Virus record (IMG/VR): IMGVR_UViG_3300012041_000024
Coordinates: 1 to 59,840 of that record
DNA from: a virus
Lineage: Duplodnaviria > Caudoviricetes
Direction: 5' to 3' (one strand)
Length of the DNA stretch: 59,840 bases
The notes beneath the pieces were generated by a model, which made no database searches, had not been told where the DNA came from, and saw only the letters and a program-made list of their open reading frames with translations. The position numbers were made by a program, and so were the translations under genes. Of this stretch, positions 19,149 to 27,432 are shown piece by piece (within the stretch, counting starts at the first letter, position 1; each line of letters begins with the position of its first letter).

Positions 19149-19892
19149 ATGAGTCTGCTGTGGATGGGTCAAGCATGGTCGATCGACTTCGGGTCGACGC
19201 CACGGAAGATGATCGCTCTCGCGATCGCCGACTGCCATAACGAGGAAACGAACCGCTGTTTCCCTGGCGCGGAGCACATCTCTCGGAAGGTCAATCTCGA
19301 AGTCGGCAACGTACGCCGACATATCGCGACGTTGATCGAAGAGGGCTGGCTCGCGAAAGACGACCGAAACTACCGGCGAGGGGACCGATGGTTCGACGAA
19401 CTCGACGCGCAGAATCGCGCGTTCGACGCGCGGAATCGCGCGCCTGAACGCGCGGAATCGCGCGCCAAAGCGCGCGGAACTGCGCGCGTAATCAGAAAAG
19501 AACCCGAACTAGAACCCGAAGCAGAATCTACCGCTGCTGTTCGCAGCGAAGTCGTCGAGCGTGACCCGGTTCATGACCTCGTGAAGATGGCGTGGGACAA
19601 ACGCGTCGCCGACGGCAAACCCAGACCGGCGCTCAGAACCGACGGGAAGGGCAACCCGTTCATGGCGCTCGTCGGCATCGCGCGGCAGTTGGTCGACAGC
19701 GGGCACCCGGCGCAAGACATCGGCTTAGCGATCTACGACAACGGGCCGGTATGGACGATGGCGGCGTTGCAGTTGACGCTCGCCCGATTACAAGAGGGCC
19801 GACCGAACGATCGTCGACTCGCAGGAATGATCCGGGACAACAAGCTCGACGCTGAAGTCGTCGATATCAACCGAGTGATGGGGTGGTCCTAA
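19149..19892 (+). CDS. replication initiator (HTH_36-like N-terminus)
   Basis: KMIALAIAD..CFPG..I..V.RHI..LIEEGWL; internal iterons. Confidence 0.8.
   Translation: MSLLWMGQAWSIDFGSTPRKMIALAIADCHNEETNRCFPGAEHISRKVNLEVGNVRRHIATLIEEGWLAKDDRNYRRGDRWFDELDAQNRAFDARNRAPERAESRAKARGTARVIRKEPELEPEAESTAAVRSEVVERDPVHDLVKMAWDKRVADGKPRPALRTDGKGNPFMALVGIARQLVDSGHPAQDIGLAIYDNGPVWTMAALQLTLARLQEGRPNDRRLAGMIRDNKLDAEVVDINRVMGWS
19406..19486 (+). repeat. four iterons CGCGCGGAATCGCGCG, probable replication origin
   Basis: Copies start at 19406, 19427, 19449, 19471 (spacing 21/22/22); followed by an A-rich tract. Confidence 0.75.
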
Positions 19893-20422
19893 TGGCGTCT
19901 GAAGAATGCGTACAACGAGCCGTCGAACTGATGTTGGCGTCGGCGCGTGAGCGGTACCGATCGGCGAAAGAGGACGCGGTTCGTATCGCTGCGTTCCGAT
20001 TCGCGTTGCAGAAGTTCATCGACGCGTCGGTGTCGGCTGCTGCCGCGGAGTGGATCACGACGATGGACGTGATGCCGTCGGTGCATGAGTTCGTCGAACT
20101 GGCTCGCAAGCACGCGAATCTGATCGCTGACAGCCGCGCGATTTCTCCGGCGTCGGAAGCATCGCAGACGTACCCGATCGGGAAACCCGGCCGTGAAGGG
20201 TTGGCGGCGCAGATCGTGATGCTCCGCATGATGCGCGCCGTCGCGGAGCAGTGCCCGCAAGGATTCTGGGGACGCTTGGTGTACGGCAACGACTGGCGTC
20301 ACGCGACGCTGCAACCCGAAGCCGGACGCGAAGAACGGATACGGGCGTACACGACGATCGCGTACGAGCAAGCCGTCGACTTCGAAGACTCGACGCTCAC
20401 ATGGGATCGGTGGCCGTACTGA
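19892..20422 (+). CDS. putative helicase loader/inhibitor
   Basis: Directly after initiator (TAATG overlap); W....PSVHEF pattern. Confidence 0.45.
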   Translation: MASEECVQRAVELMLASARERYRSAKEDAVRIAAFRFALQKFIDASVSAAAAEWITTMDVMPSVHEFVELARKHANLIADSRAISPASEASQTYPIGKPGREGLAAQIVMLRMMRAVAEQCPQGFWGRLVYGNDWRHATLQPEAGREERIRAYTTIAYEQAVDFEDSTLTWDRWPY

Positions 20423-20580
20423 TGACTGACGACGATCTACGTGATCTTGTCGCCGACGCGCTCGCCGAGGTCTACTCCGGCGCAGGCGCAGTCGAAGCCG
20501 ACGCCTTGATTGATCACCTCGCCGACCGCGGTCTGATGGTCGTGCTCGACATCGACGACACACGCACACTCGAAACGTGA
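20422..20580 (+). CDS. hypothetical protein
   Basis: TGATG overlap, 52 aa. Confidence 0.55.
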   Translation: MTDDDLRDLVADALAEVYSGAGAVEADALIDHLADRGLMVVLDIDDTRTLET

Positions 20581-20593
20581 TAGACGTGTATCA
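20578..20593. promoter_or_regulatory. operator TGATAG-ACGT-GTATCA
   Basis: 1 mismatch to TGATAC-N4-GTATCA; at a gene boundary. Confidence 0.6.
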
Positions 20594-20615
20594 ACTCAAC
20601 AGAGAAAGCAGGATC

Positions 20616-21320
20616 ATGGAACTCCCCAAGTCAGCGATAGCGCTGGATCGGCGGCTCGACAAAGCCACCGAATCCAGCACCGAGGAATTGTGTCAGCATC
20701 GCTGGCACTGGACCCTCGACGAGACGAATCCGAAACGAGTCAGCATCCGGCAGTACGCCCTCGGCGTCGGCAGAGCACGAACGACCGTAGGGCCACAGGT
20801 CAACGGCTACGCGATGTGGGTCGGGGGTGGCCGAGAGCGCTCGCTCACTGAGTGCATCGAGCGAGCGCGGCACGGCGCCGAGAAGGAAGCGGCGATCGAA
20901 GCCGTCGCGAAGGCGTCGGGGCAGTCGTACACGAACACTCGTCAGCGTCACGGCGAAACTGTCCGCACGACGCGGGCGCTCGCCGAGGAACGGGCGCAGC
21001 GGCGGGGCACCAGCGTGGCCGACGAGATCGACGACGCGGCAGATCATCTCGTGAAGTCGGCGAAAGCGATCAAGAATCAGAAAGCCGATCGCAAGTCGAA
21101 GCTGGACGCTCGGTACATCGAGATCGAAGGCCACATCGCGGCGGCACTGCGACGACTGCGCGACGCGCTCGAAGTCGCACGAGCGATCGAGTTCGACTCC
21201 GAGCAAGTCGAGATCCTGGCCGACTCGATCAGCAAACTCCGCGCGGTGATCAACCTGATCGACGTGCAAGTCACCGGAACGACCGACGTCGATTGGGACG
21301 CCGAACTCGCGAAGCTATGA
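20616..21320 (+). CDS. hypothetical helical, possibly DNA-binding protein
   Basis: RBS before ATG; HTH-like SIRQYALGVGRARTTV. Confidence 0.6.
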   Translation: MELPKSAIALDRRLDKATESSTEELCQHRWHWTLDETNPKRVSIRQYALGVGRARTTVGPQVNGYAMWVGGGRERSLTECIERARHGAEKEAAIEAVAKASGQSYTNTRQRHGETVRTTRALAEERAQRRGTSVADEIDDAADHLVKSAKAIKNQKADRKSKLDARYIEIEGHIAAALRRLRDALEVARAIEFDSEQVEILADSISKLRAVINLIDVQVTGTTDVDWDAELAKL

Positions 21321-21331
21321 AAGGAACGGGC

Positions 21332-21748
21332 ATGAACCAAGCACGAATACTCAGACGGGACGCTCTGTACGATCTGCTCGTGGCGAACCCGACGGGCATC
21401 ACCGTCGACGACATGATGGATCTGCTCGACGTCTCGTACGAGACAGCACGCAAAACGATCCGTGATCTTCGGCGCTTCCTCGGCGACGACGACGAGATCA
21501 ACGTGCCGTGTACCCCGAACGGGATGAACGAGCGGTGGCTCTACACGCTCGAAGCGACGTTGGAGAACTCGCAAGAGTGGATCTCGAACCGTCTCGGCGA
21601 CGCAGAGTCTCGGCTCGAAACGATGGCGGCGATGACAGCGTCGCTCGTGCGAAGCACGGACGGGCGCAGCATCGAAGGCAAGAAAGCTCGGATCTTGGAC
21701 CGCGCGTTTCGTCGAGCGGCCGAAGACCTCGCGGATTTGAACGCGTGA
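21332..21748 (+). CDS. winged-HTH protein
   Basis: GITVDDMMDLLDVSYETARKTIRDLR; AAGGAA RBS. Confidence 0.65.
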   Translation: MNQARILRRDALYDLLVANPTGITVDDMMDLLDVSYETARKTIRDLRRFLGDDDEINVPCTPNGMNERWLYTLEATLENSQEWISNRLGDAESRLETMAAMTASLVRSTDGRSIEGKKARILDRAFRRAAEDLADLNA

Positions 21749-22320
21749 TGCGCCGTCTCACGTTCGTCGTGTTGGCGCTCGTCGTGGTGATCTTCGGATT
21801 CACTACGGCGAGCGCTGACGCGCCATCAACATCACAGAAACGTGTCGGGTTCCCGCCACCGAAGAACCCACACAACACCACCACGACCACGACTACGATC
21901 ACACGCCCTGTACCGCCGCCTACGAGCACGACGACGACGAGTACTACTACGACGACGCTGCCACCGCCGACGACGACACGCTTCACAGTGACGCTCGCAG
22001 ACACACCGATGGCGCCGTTCCATCTGCGCTACGGGATGCGACCGGATCACAACGTCGAACTGCGCTGGGAGTACACCGGCAAGACGTACCCGATGGAGAT
22101 CGGTTTGTTGACGTGTTTCTACGCGAACGGCGTCCCGTTGTGCGGCGACCCGTTGACGTATCAGCGCGACGTCAATGACTGGTACGTGATCATGTTGCCG
22201 CAGTTCTTCGGCGGGTCGATTCCGTACTGCGTGATCGTCGGCGTGCGCGTACTGTTCGACGACGGTCAAGTCTCCCCGCTGAACCAGGCGGGGCCGGTAT
22301 GTCAAGGGGCGTGGCGCTGA
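21748..22320 (+). CDS. secreted Thr/Pro-rich protein
   Basis: Signal peptide ending ASA; poly-Thr linker; Cys-containing beta domain. Confidence 0.7.
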   Translation: MRRLTFVVLALVVVIFGFTTASADAPSTSQKRVGFPPPKNPHNTTTTTTTITRPVPPPTSTTTTSTTTTTLPPPTTTRFTVTLADTPMAPFHLRYGMRPDHNVELRWEYTGKTYPMEIGLLTCFYANGVPLCGDPLTYQRDVNDWYVIMLPQFFGGSIPYCVIVGVRVLFDDGQVSPLNQAGPVCQGAWR

Positions 22321-22739
22321 TGGGCAAATGGGACGAAGCGAAACGCAAAGCGCTCGGCATGAACGAACCGGCAGAGCAACCACCAAGTCTGTTCGACGAG
22401 CCGATCTCGATACCGGAGCACAACGCGCGTACGTCTGATCCTGAGACGTCGAAGCGCGCCGCGCGTAACGTCGTGCCTCGTGCGTCGAACCAGCACGGAA
22501 AACTGCTGTACGTGTACGACGCGGCGTACCCGGCCGGGTTGATCGACGAAGAGGCGGGGACACGGAGCGGTCTGTCGGCGAATCGGCGGTGCTGCTACTG
22601 GAAGCGCTGCAACGAACTCCGCACCGCGGGGTACATCGAACGCACCGGCGGGATACGCCGCGGCTCAGCGGATGATCAGACCGTGTCTCGGATCACTGAG
22701 AAGGGCCGCGACCACGCCCGTCACATGCGAGAACTGTGA
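22320..22739 (+). CDS. HTH DNA-binding protein
   Basis: ARTSDPETS..AA and KRCNELRTAGYI motifs common in actinophages. Confidence 0.7.
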   Translation: MGKWDEAKRKALGMNEPAEQPPSLFDEPISIPEHNARTSDPETSKRAARNVVPRASNQHGKLLYVYDAAYPAGLIDEEAGTRSGLSANRRCCYWKRCNELRTAGYIERTGGIRRGSADDQTVSRITEKGRDHARHMREL

Positions 22740-22924
22740 TGGCTGACATGGACAGCGAATCGGCGCACATGATCATCGAGTCATTGCGATACACGAAGCA
22801 GACGTTCCAGACGTACGAGTACTACGCGTCGGAAGATCAACGTCGCGAACGGCTCGCCGATGTGGATCGGACTATCGCAGTCGTGCGCGCGTTGCGCGCC
22901 GAAGCGAAGGCGAGAGGCAAATAA
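22736..22924 (+). CDS. hypothetical protein
   Basis: Overlapping operon arrangement. Confidence 0.55.
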   Translation: MMADMDSESAHMIIESLRYTKQTFQTYEYYASEDQRRERLADVDRTIAVVRALRAEAKARGK

Positions 22925-22925
22925 G

Positions 22926-23141
22926 ATGGCGCTGATACGGATCGCGAAGAATGATTGGGCGCTCGTCGACGGCGACGGGTTGACGGTACGAATGAGCGAC
23001 TTGAAAGACGCCGAAGCCATCGCGACGATCATCGGTGACGCCGGGGAACGCGTGAACGATGCCGGGTGGATCGACATCGCGCAAGCGATCTTCGAAGCGA
23101 TCGACGAGTACCGCGTCGAACTCGAACGGCTCCCGAAGTGA
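22926..23141 (+). CDS. hypothetical protein
   Basis: Fills operon gap; coding-like codon usage. Confidence 0.55.
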   Translation: MALIRIAKNDWALVDGDGLTVRMSDLKDAEAIATIIGDAGERVNDAGWIDIAQAIFEAIDEYRVELERLPK

Positions 23142-23530
23142 AGCGATCCGGTATTAAGCGCAGCAGTAAGCCGATGAAGCGCACGCAGATGAAGCGAGGG
23201 TCGAAGCAGTTCACACACGGGAAGCCGATCGACTCGAAACGCAAACCGCTCCCGCACAAGTCGGTGAAGACGGCGCGCCGCGACGAAGAGCTACAGCGCA
23301 TGACGGCGTTGATGATGCTTGACGACCCGACGTGCCACGTCCGCTCACCGCACTGCACCGGGTACATGAGTTGCTTGCACCACGTAACTGCTCGCAGCGT
23401 CGCACCACAGCGTGTCCTCGACCCTGACAACGTCGTCCGCTCGTGTAGCTCATGCAATAACTGGATCGAGACAGCCGACGGCTCAGAGTGGGCCGAAGCG
23501 TGCGGCATGAAACGACGGAGCGAGCGGTGA
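23138..23530 (+). CDS. HNH endonuclease
   Basis: Basic N-terminus; C..C..HH..N...CSSCNNW. Confidence 0.75.
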   Translation: MKRSGIKRSSKPMKRTQMKRGSKQFTHGKPIDSKRKPLPHKSVKTARRDEELQRMTALMMLDDPTCHVRSPHCTGYMSCLHHVTARSVAPQRVLDPDNVVRSCSSCNNWIETADGSEWAEACGMKRRSER

Positions 23531-23736
23531 CGTGGAAGCCGAACGATGCGCGCCGGTACACCGACGACGCGGCGACGTGGGAGAAACGGAAACGATGGGC
23601 TGACATCGCGAACGAAGCGCTGGGCAAGTCCGGAGACGAGGGCTACGCGATCCGCGCGGCGAACGAAGCAGTCGAGCGGCGCACACGGTTCGAGCGGTGG
23701 CGCACACGGTTCGCTCAGTGGGTGATGCCGTCATGA
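23527..23736 (+). CDS. small ChaB/YdaT-like helical protein
   Basis: W...WADIANEAL..GDEGYAIRAAN. Confidence 0.5.
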   Translation: MTWKPNDARRYTDDAATWEKRKRWADIANEALGKSGDEGYAIRAANEAVERRTRFERWRTRFAQWVMPS

Positions 23737-23852
23737 GCGGCCGGGATTGGGATGACACGCTCATGCAGATCACGTACTGGACGGCGATCACCGTCGCGGT
23801 CGTCGTCATGGTCATCATCGTCGTCGTGATGCTGATGCGCTGGTTCCCATGA
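23733..23852 (+). CDS. 39-aa membrane peptide
   Basis: ATGA overlaps at both ends; one TM helix. Confidence 0.55.
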   Translation: MSGRDWDDTLMQITYWTAITVAVVVMVIIVVVMLMRWFP

Positions 23853-24262
23853 CCCGCGAGTTGAAGTTCTTCGTCGAGGGCTCCCCGGTGGCGCAAGGCA
23901 GCAAGCGCGCGATGACGAACCGCAAGACGGGTCAGCCGTACATGATCGAGGACAACGCGGGCCCGCTACGGAAGTGGCGACGCGCGATCCGCGACGAGGC
24001 ACGAGCGCATCGAGAGTCGTGGACGAAGCAAGCGCCGCTGCACTGCGGGCTGCGTTTCGTGCTCGAACCGAAGTTCTCGACGCACGTCGTCGGCGAGTGG
24101 GCTGTCACCGGGTTCGATGTCGACAAACTGACGAGGGCGGTGTTCGATGGGCTCACCGATGGGGGAGCGATCATCGACGACGCGCAGATCGTGAAGCTGA
24201 CGACGTCGAAGGTCTGGGGTCGCCCGTCGGGCGTGTCCGTCATCCTGCGAGACGTGGTGTAG
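23849..24262 (+). CDS. rusA: RusA-like Holliday junction resolvase
   Basis: PVAQGSK, DVDKLTRAVFDGL, DDAQIV. Confidence 0.92.
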   Translation: MTRELKFFVEGSPVAQGSKRAMTNRKTGQPYMIEDNAGPLRKWRRAIRDEARAHRESWTKQAPLHCGLRFVLEPKFSTHVVGEWAVTGFDVDKLTRAVFDGLTDGGAIIDDAQIVKLTTSKVWGRPSGVSVILRDVV

Positions 24263-24307
24263 CCGTGTATCTTGTAGTCACGTATCGACGCATCGGAAGA
24301 GGCATAA

Positions 24308-24664
24308 ATGGGACTGGTTCACAAGGGCCGCGAGGTCACCGGCTACGGGATCAAAGTGACGAACGCAGGCGACGGGCTCAGCAAGTCGATGAAGATCACG
24401 CCGCGCGAGTTGCAGATGGGCGACCGCGGCATGATCGTGATCGAGTACGTCGTCGCGAACGCCGGTGATTACGAACCGGCGATCAAAGCCGACTACTTCG
24501 GCCCGCTGAAAGAGATCATGAAGTTGAAGGCCGAAGCGGCGTTCTTCCTCGACGACAAGCGTGTCGCCGCTCAGATGGACAAACACAAGGCGGCGTTGGC
24601 GAAAGAACGTGAGATCGAGGGTCAGCAGTCACTCGAAGACGACATGGACAAGGACGAAGAATAA
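24308..24664 (+). CDS. hypothetical phage protein
   Basis: GAGG RBS; coding-like codon usage. Confidence 0.65.
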   Translation: MGLVHKGREVTGYGIKVTNAGDGLSKSMKITPRELQMGDRGMIVIEYVVANAGDYEPAIKADYFGPLKEIMKLKAEAAFFLDDKRVAAQMDKHKAALAKEREIEGQQSLEDDMDKDEE

Positions 24665-24922
24665 ATGGGCAGCAGTGCAGTAACCGAACGGGTGAAGATG
24701 ACCGACGCGCAGCGCGCCGCGCTGATGAAACGCCTCGTGCGTGTGCGTACGAAAGTCGACGGTCATCTGACCGCGGCGGAGACGTTGAAAGCGCAGCGCT
24801 TCGCGCTCGCTGAGCAAGCGAAAGCGGCGGGCGTGACGAACAAGGACATCGCCGACGCGCTCGGCATGACAATCCCCGGCGTCGTCAAGCTGATCGAACG
24901 CGGACGCGCGAACGGTGAGTAA
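24665..24922 (+). CDS. HTH DNA-binding protein
   Basis: GVTNKDIADALGMTIPGVVKLI. Confidence 0.75.
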   Translation: MGSSAVTERVKMTDAQRAALMKRLVRVRTKVDGHLTAAETLKAQRFALAEQAKAAGVTNKDIADALGMTIPGVVKLIERGRANGE

Positions 24923-25661
24923 ACCGAAAGCGATCTCGGAACAACTCGACGTGGCCGTGACGAAGATCGCGTCGTTGACGCCGCACCCGCGGAACTACCG
25001 CGGCCACCCCGACGATCAGATCGAGCATCTGATGCGCTCGATCCAGGACTACGGGTTCTACCGCAACGTCGTCGCGTGCACAGACGGGACGATCCTCGCG
25101 GGGCACGGCATCGTCATCGCCGCCGAACGACTCGGCATGACCGAAGTCCCGGTCGTGTTCTTGATGCTCGACCCGAACGAGCCGCGCGCCCTGAAAGTGC
25201 TCGCGCTCGACAACTACGCGTCGCACCTCGCCGAAGACGACGACCGGATGCTGACGGATATGTTGCGGGAGATTCAGCAGGCCGACGATCTGATGGGGAC
25301 AGGCTTCGACGAGATCTCATTGGCGGCGTTGATGATGATCACGCGCACCGCGGCAGAGGTACGAGACTTCGACGCCGCCGCGGAATGGGTCGGTCTACCG
25401 GAGTACGTCGACCGGAACACCCGTAACTGGCGGGCGATCATCGAGTTCGACGACGAAGCGCAACGCGAACGGTTCCTCGAACTCGTCGATCTCGTCGTCG
25501 TGCAAGGCACGAGCGACGGCATGACGCGCTCGTATCGTTGGGACGAAATCCCCGGCAGCGCGCGACGAACGCCTATCTCGACGCTACGTTTCGGAGTGGA
25601 AGATGACGACAGTGACGACGCCGCGGTATCCGATCTACATACCGTCGAAGGGTCGGGCTGA
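24915..25661 (+). CDS. ParB/Srx-like N-terminal domain protein
   Basis: LTPHPRNYR.H..QI..SI..YGF..ILAGHG..A..LG..VPV..DN. Confidence 0.88.
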   Translation: MSKPKAISEQLDVAVTKIASLTPHPRNYRGHPDDQIEHLMRSIQDYGFYRNVVACTDGTILAGHGIVIAAERLGMTEVPVVFLMLDPNEPRALKVLALDNYASHLAEDDDRMLTDMLREIQQADDLMGTGFDEISLAALMMITRTAAEVRDFDAAAEWVGLPEYVDRNTRNWRAIIEFDDEAQRERFLELVDLVVVQGTSDGMTRSYRWDEIPGSARRTPISTLRFGVEDDDSDDAAVSDLHTVEGSG

Positions 25662-26514
25662 CGCCTGCTTGACGGCGAACATCTTCGTCCGCGACGAAGT
25701 CGACTTCCGTCTCGTCGTCGAAGAACAAGAACACGACGACTACGCAGCGCGCTACGGCGACGAGCGCGTGCTCGTGCTGCCGTTCGCGAATCTCGGGCAA
25801 GGCTCGATACCGGCGCGTAACTGGATCAAGGAACACTCGATCGAGCACGGCGCGAAACGTCACTGGCAGTTCGACGACAACATCAGAGGCTTCGCCCGCA
25901 CGTTCCGCGGTCGTCGCGTCCCGATCCATTCCGGTCTGTCGACGAGCATCATCGAAGACTTCACTGATCGGTACACGAACATCGCGATCAGCGGGTTCAA
26001 CTATCGCTGCTTCGTGATGAACCGACGAGTGATCTCACTGAACTGTCACGTCTACTCGGCGACGCTCGTGCTCAACGAGATCCCGTACAAGTGGCGCGGC
26101 CGCTACAACGAAGACACCGACTTGTGTCTGCAAGCACTCGCCGGTGGCTGGTGCACGGTGCTCGTCTCGGCGTTCACTGTCGACAAGATCCCGACGATGA
26201 TGATGAAAGGCGGCAACACCGCCGAGTTGTACGTCGGCGACGGCCGCTTGAAGATGGCGAGAGCGCTCGAACGTATGTGGCCGGGAGTCGTCGAAGTGAA
26301 ACGACGCTTCGATCGACCGCAGCACGTCATCGTCGCGAACTGGCGCAAGTTCGACACGCCGCTACAGCGCCGCACTGACATCGAGTGGCCGACCGGGATC
26401 GACGAGTACGGCATGACGCTGCATCAGACAGCAGTATCAGAGCACCCACGGATCAAAGAAATCCTGTCGGCTCATAATGCGTTGGTCAGCGATAACCGTC
26501 CCGCCTCGGGATAA
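25603..26514 (+). CDS. TET-associated glycosyltransferase (TAGT/GREB1-like), putative DNA base modifier
   Basis: YPIYIPSKGR, ARNWI, WQFDDNI, YNEDTDL, MKGGNT motifs. Confidence 0.8.
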   Translation: MTTVTTPRYPIYIPSKGRADACLTANIFVRDEVDFRLVVEEQEHDDYAARYGDERVLVLPFANLGQGSIPARNWIKEHSIEHGAKRHWQFDDNIRGFARTFRGRRVPIHSGLSTSIIEDFTDRYTNIAISGFNYRCFVMNRRVISLNCHVYSATLVLNEIPYKWRGRYNEDTDLCLQALAGGWCTVLVSAFTVDKIPTMMMKGGNTAELYVGDGRLKMARALERMWPGVVEVKRRFDRPQHVIVANWRKFDTPLQRRTDIEWPTGIDEYGMTLHQTAVSEHPRIKEILSAHNALVSDNRPASG

Positions 26515-26548
26515 TCCGAAAGATTTCCCGAGAAATCTACGGTTTGAG

Positions 26549-26578
26549 TTGATACCCGTGTATCAGTGTGGCTACATT
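26549..26578 (+). promoter_or_regulatory. sigma-A-like promoter overlapped by perfect operator TGATAC-CCGT-GTATCA (26550-26565)
   Basis: TTGATA-18 nt-TACATT. Confidence 0.7.
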
Positions 26579-26584
26579 GAGCCT

Positions 26585-27000
26585 TGTTGGAAGTGCTCCC
26601 CCGGCCACAGAGGCTTGTGCAGGGACTTTCTCACCGGGCGACCCTGGCCCGTCAACGTGATTGGGATGCGTAGCCACAAGGGCTTCGATAAGTCAAAGCT
26701 TGCAGCGATAAGCGCTGGCGACGACACCGAACGGGTGCGTCAACGAACAACGAACGACAAGATCGAAGCAGTGAAGCTGCCGAACAACCTCAGCCGACAC
26801 CTTGCGTGTGACGGGGAGCGGGGAATCACGGTGTAGTAACTGCAACGAAGCGTGAGCGGAACGAGCCGCGACGCTGCTGCAACGCAGCGCACGCACGAAG
26901 CGAGCAGTAAGAGCCGCTGAGGCAGATCCCCCGATCGGCGGGGGCGAGGGACGGATGAGCCCGGGAGAAGAAACCTCAAGTAACACTGCTGCTCGCTCGA
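26585..27000 (+). ncRNA. candidate large structured RNA / leader of unknown class
   Basis: Many helices, including long-range GCTCCCC(26595)/GGGGAGC(26813) and AGCGAGCAG/CTGCTCGCT; A-rich loops; no credible CDS. Confidence 0.6.
26851..26898 (+). repeat. structured RNA motif copy 1 (GTGAGCG..2 hairpins..CACGCACGA)
   Basis: CGTGA-GCGG/CCGC-CGCTGC/GCAGCG-CACGCACGA. Confidence 0.7.
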
Positions 27001-27025
27001 CTCGAATCAACAACGGAGGGAACAC

Positions 27026-27196
27026 ATGAACCGAGACACCCAAGCCGCATTCGATGCCGCCAAGGCGCTACTCGCCCGCAAGGATGCCCGTAAGACGAGG
27101 GCACAAGAACGAGCACAGATGATCGCTGCATCGAAGGCGAAGAACGAAGCGGCGAAGGCCGCTCGGATCGCCGATAAGCATGGCGTCGTCGGATGA
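27026..27196 (+). CDS. small basic Ala/Lys-rich protein (56 aa)
   Basis: GGAGG RBS; MNRDTQAAFDAAKALL... Confidence 0.7.
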   Translation: MNRDTQAAFDAAKALLARKDARKTRAQERAQMIAASKAKNEAAKAARIADKHGVVG

Positions 27197-27342
27197 GGCC
27201 GGTGACGCGAGAGCAGTACGAGCGCTGCTCGCAGATGCTCGAAGACTCGAAAGCTGGCGACGTCAGCTACTCACCGGAAACGCTCGACATTCTTCGAGCG
27301 AACGTCCGACTCTACGAACAGCAGCATCGATACTCAGCGTGA
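27193..27342 (+). CDS. hypothetical protein (49 aa)
   Basis: ATGA overlap; MRPVTREQYERC... Confidence 0.55.
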   Translation: MRPVTREQYERCSQMLEDSKAGDVSYSPETLDILRANVRLYEQQHRYSA

Positions 27343-27386
27343 GCGGTAACAGCCGCGGCAGTGGTGCGAACCCACTGCACGCACGA
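27338..27386 (+). repeat. structured RNA motif copy 2
   Basis: CGTGA-GCGG/CCGC-GCAGTGG[TGCGAAC]CCACTGC-ACGCACGA. Confidence 0.7.
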
Positions 27387-27432
27387 CGCACGTCAACTGT
27401 GCGATCACCCAAACAACTCATCGGAGGAAACA

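Noticed and set aside
19406-19486. CRISPR array
   Set aside because: 16-bp repeats with 5-6 bp spacers inside a CDS and no cas genes; fits iterons
26621-26634. Minus-strand GAGAAAGTCC resembling RNase P RNA CR-I
   Set aside because: Imperfect match, other conserved regions not found, and it would extend antisense into the TAGT gene
26477-26836. 119-aa ORF across the structured region
   Set aside because: No RBS, atypical codon usage, and it runs through the promoter/operator
26848-26900. Resemblance of CGTGAGCG..CGCACGCACG to group II intron domain V
   Set aside because: The catalytic triad helix (AGC/GUU) is not formed; no RT/maturase and no interrupted gene
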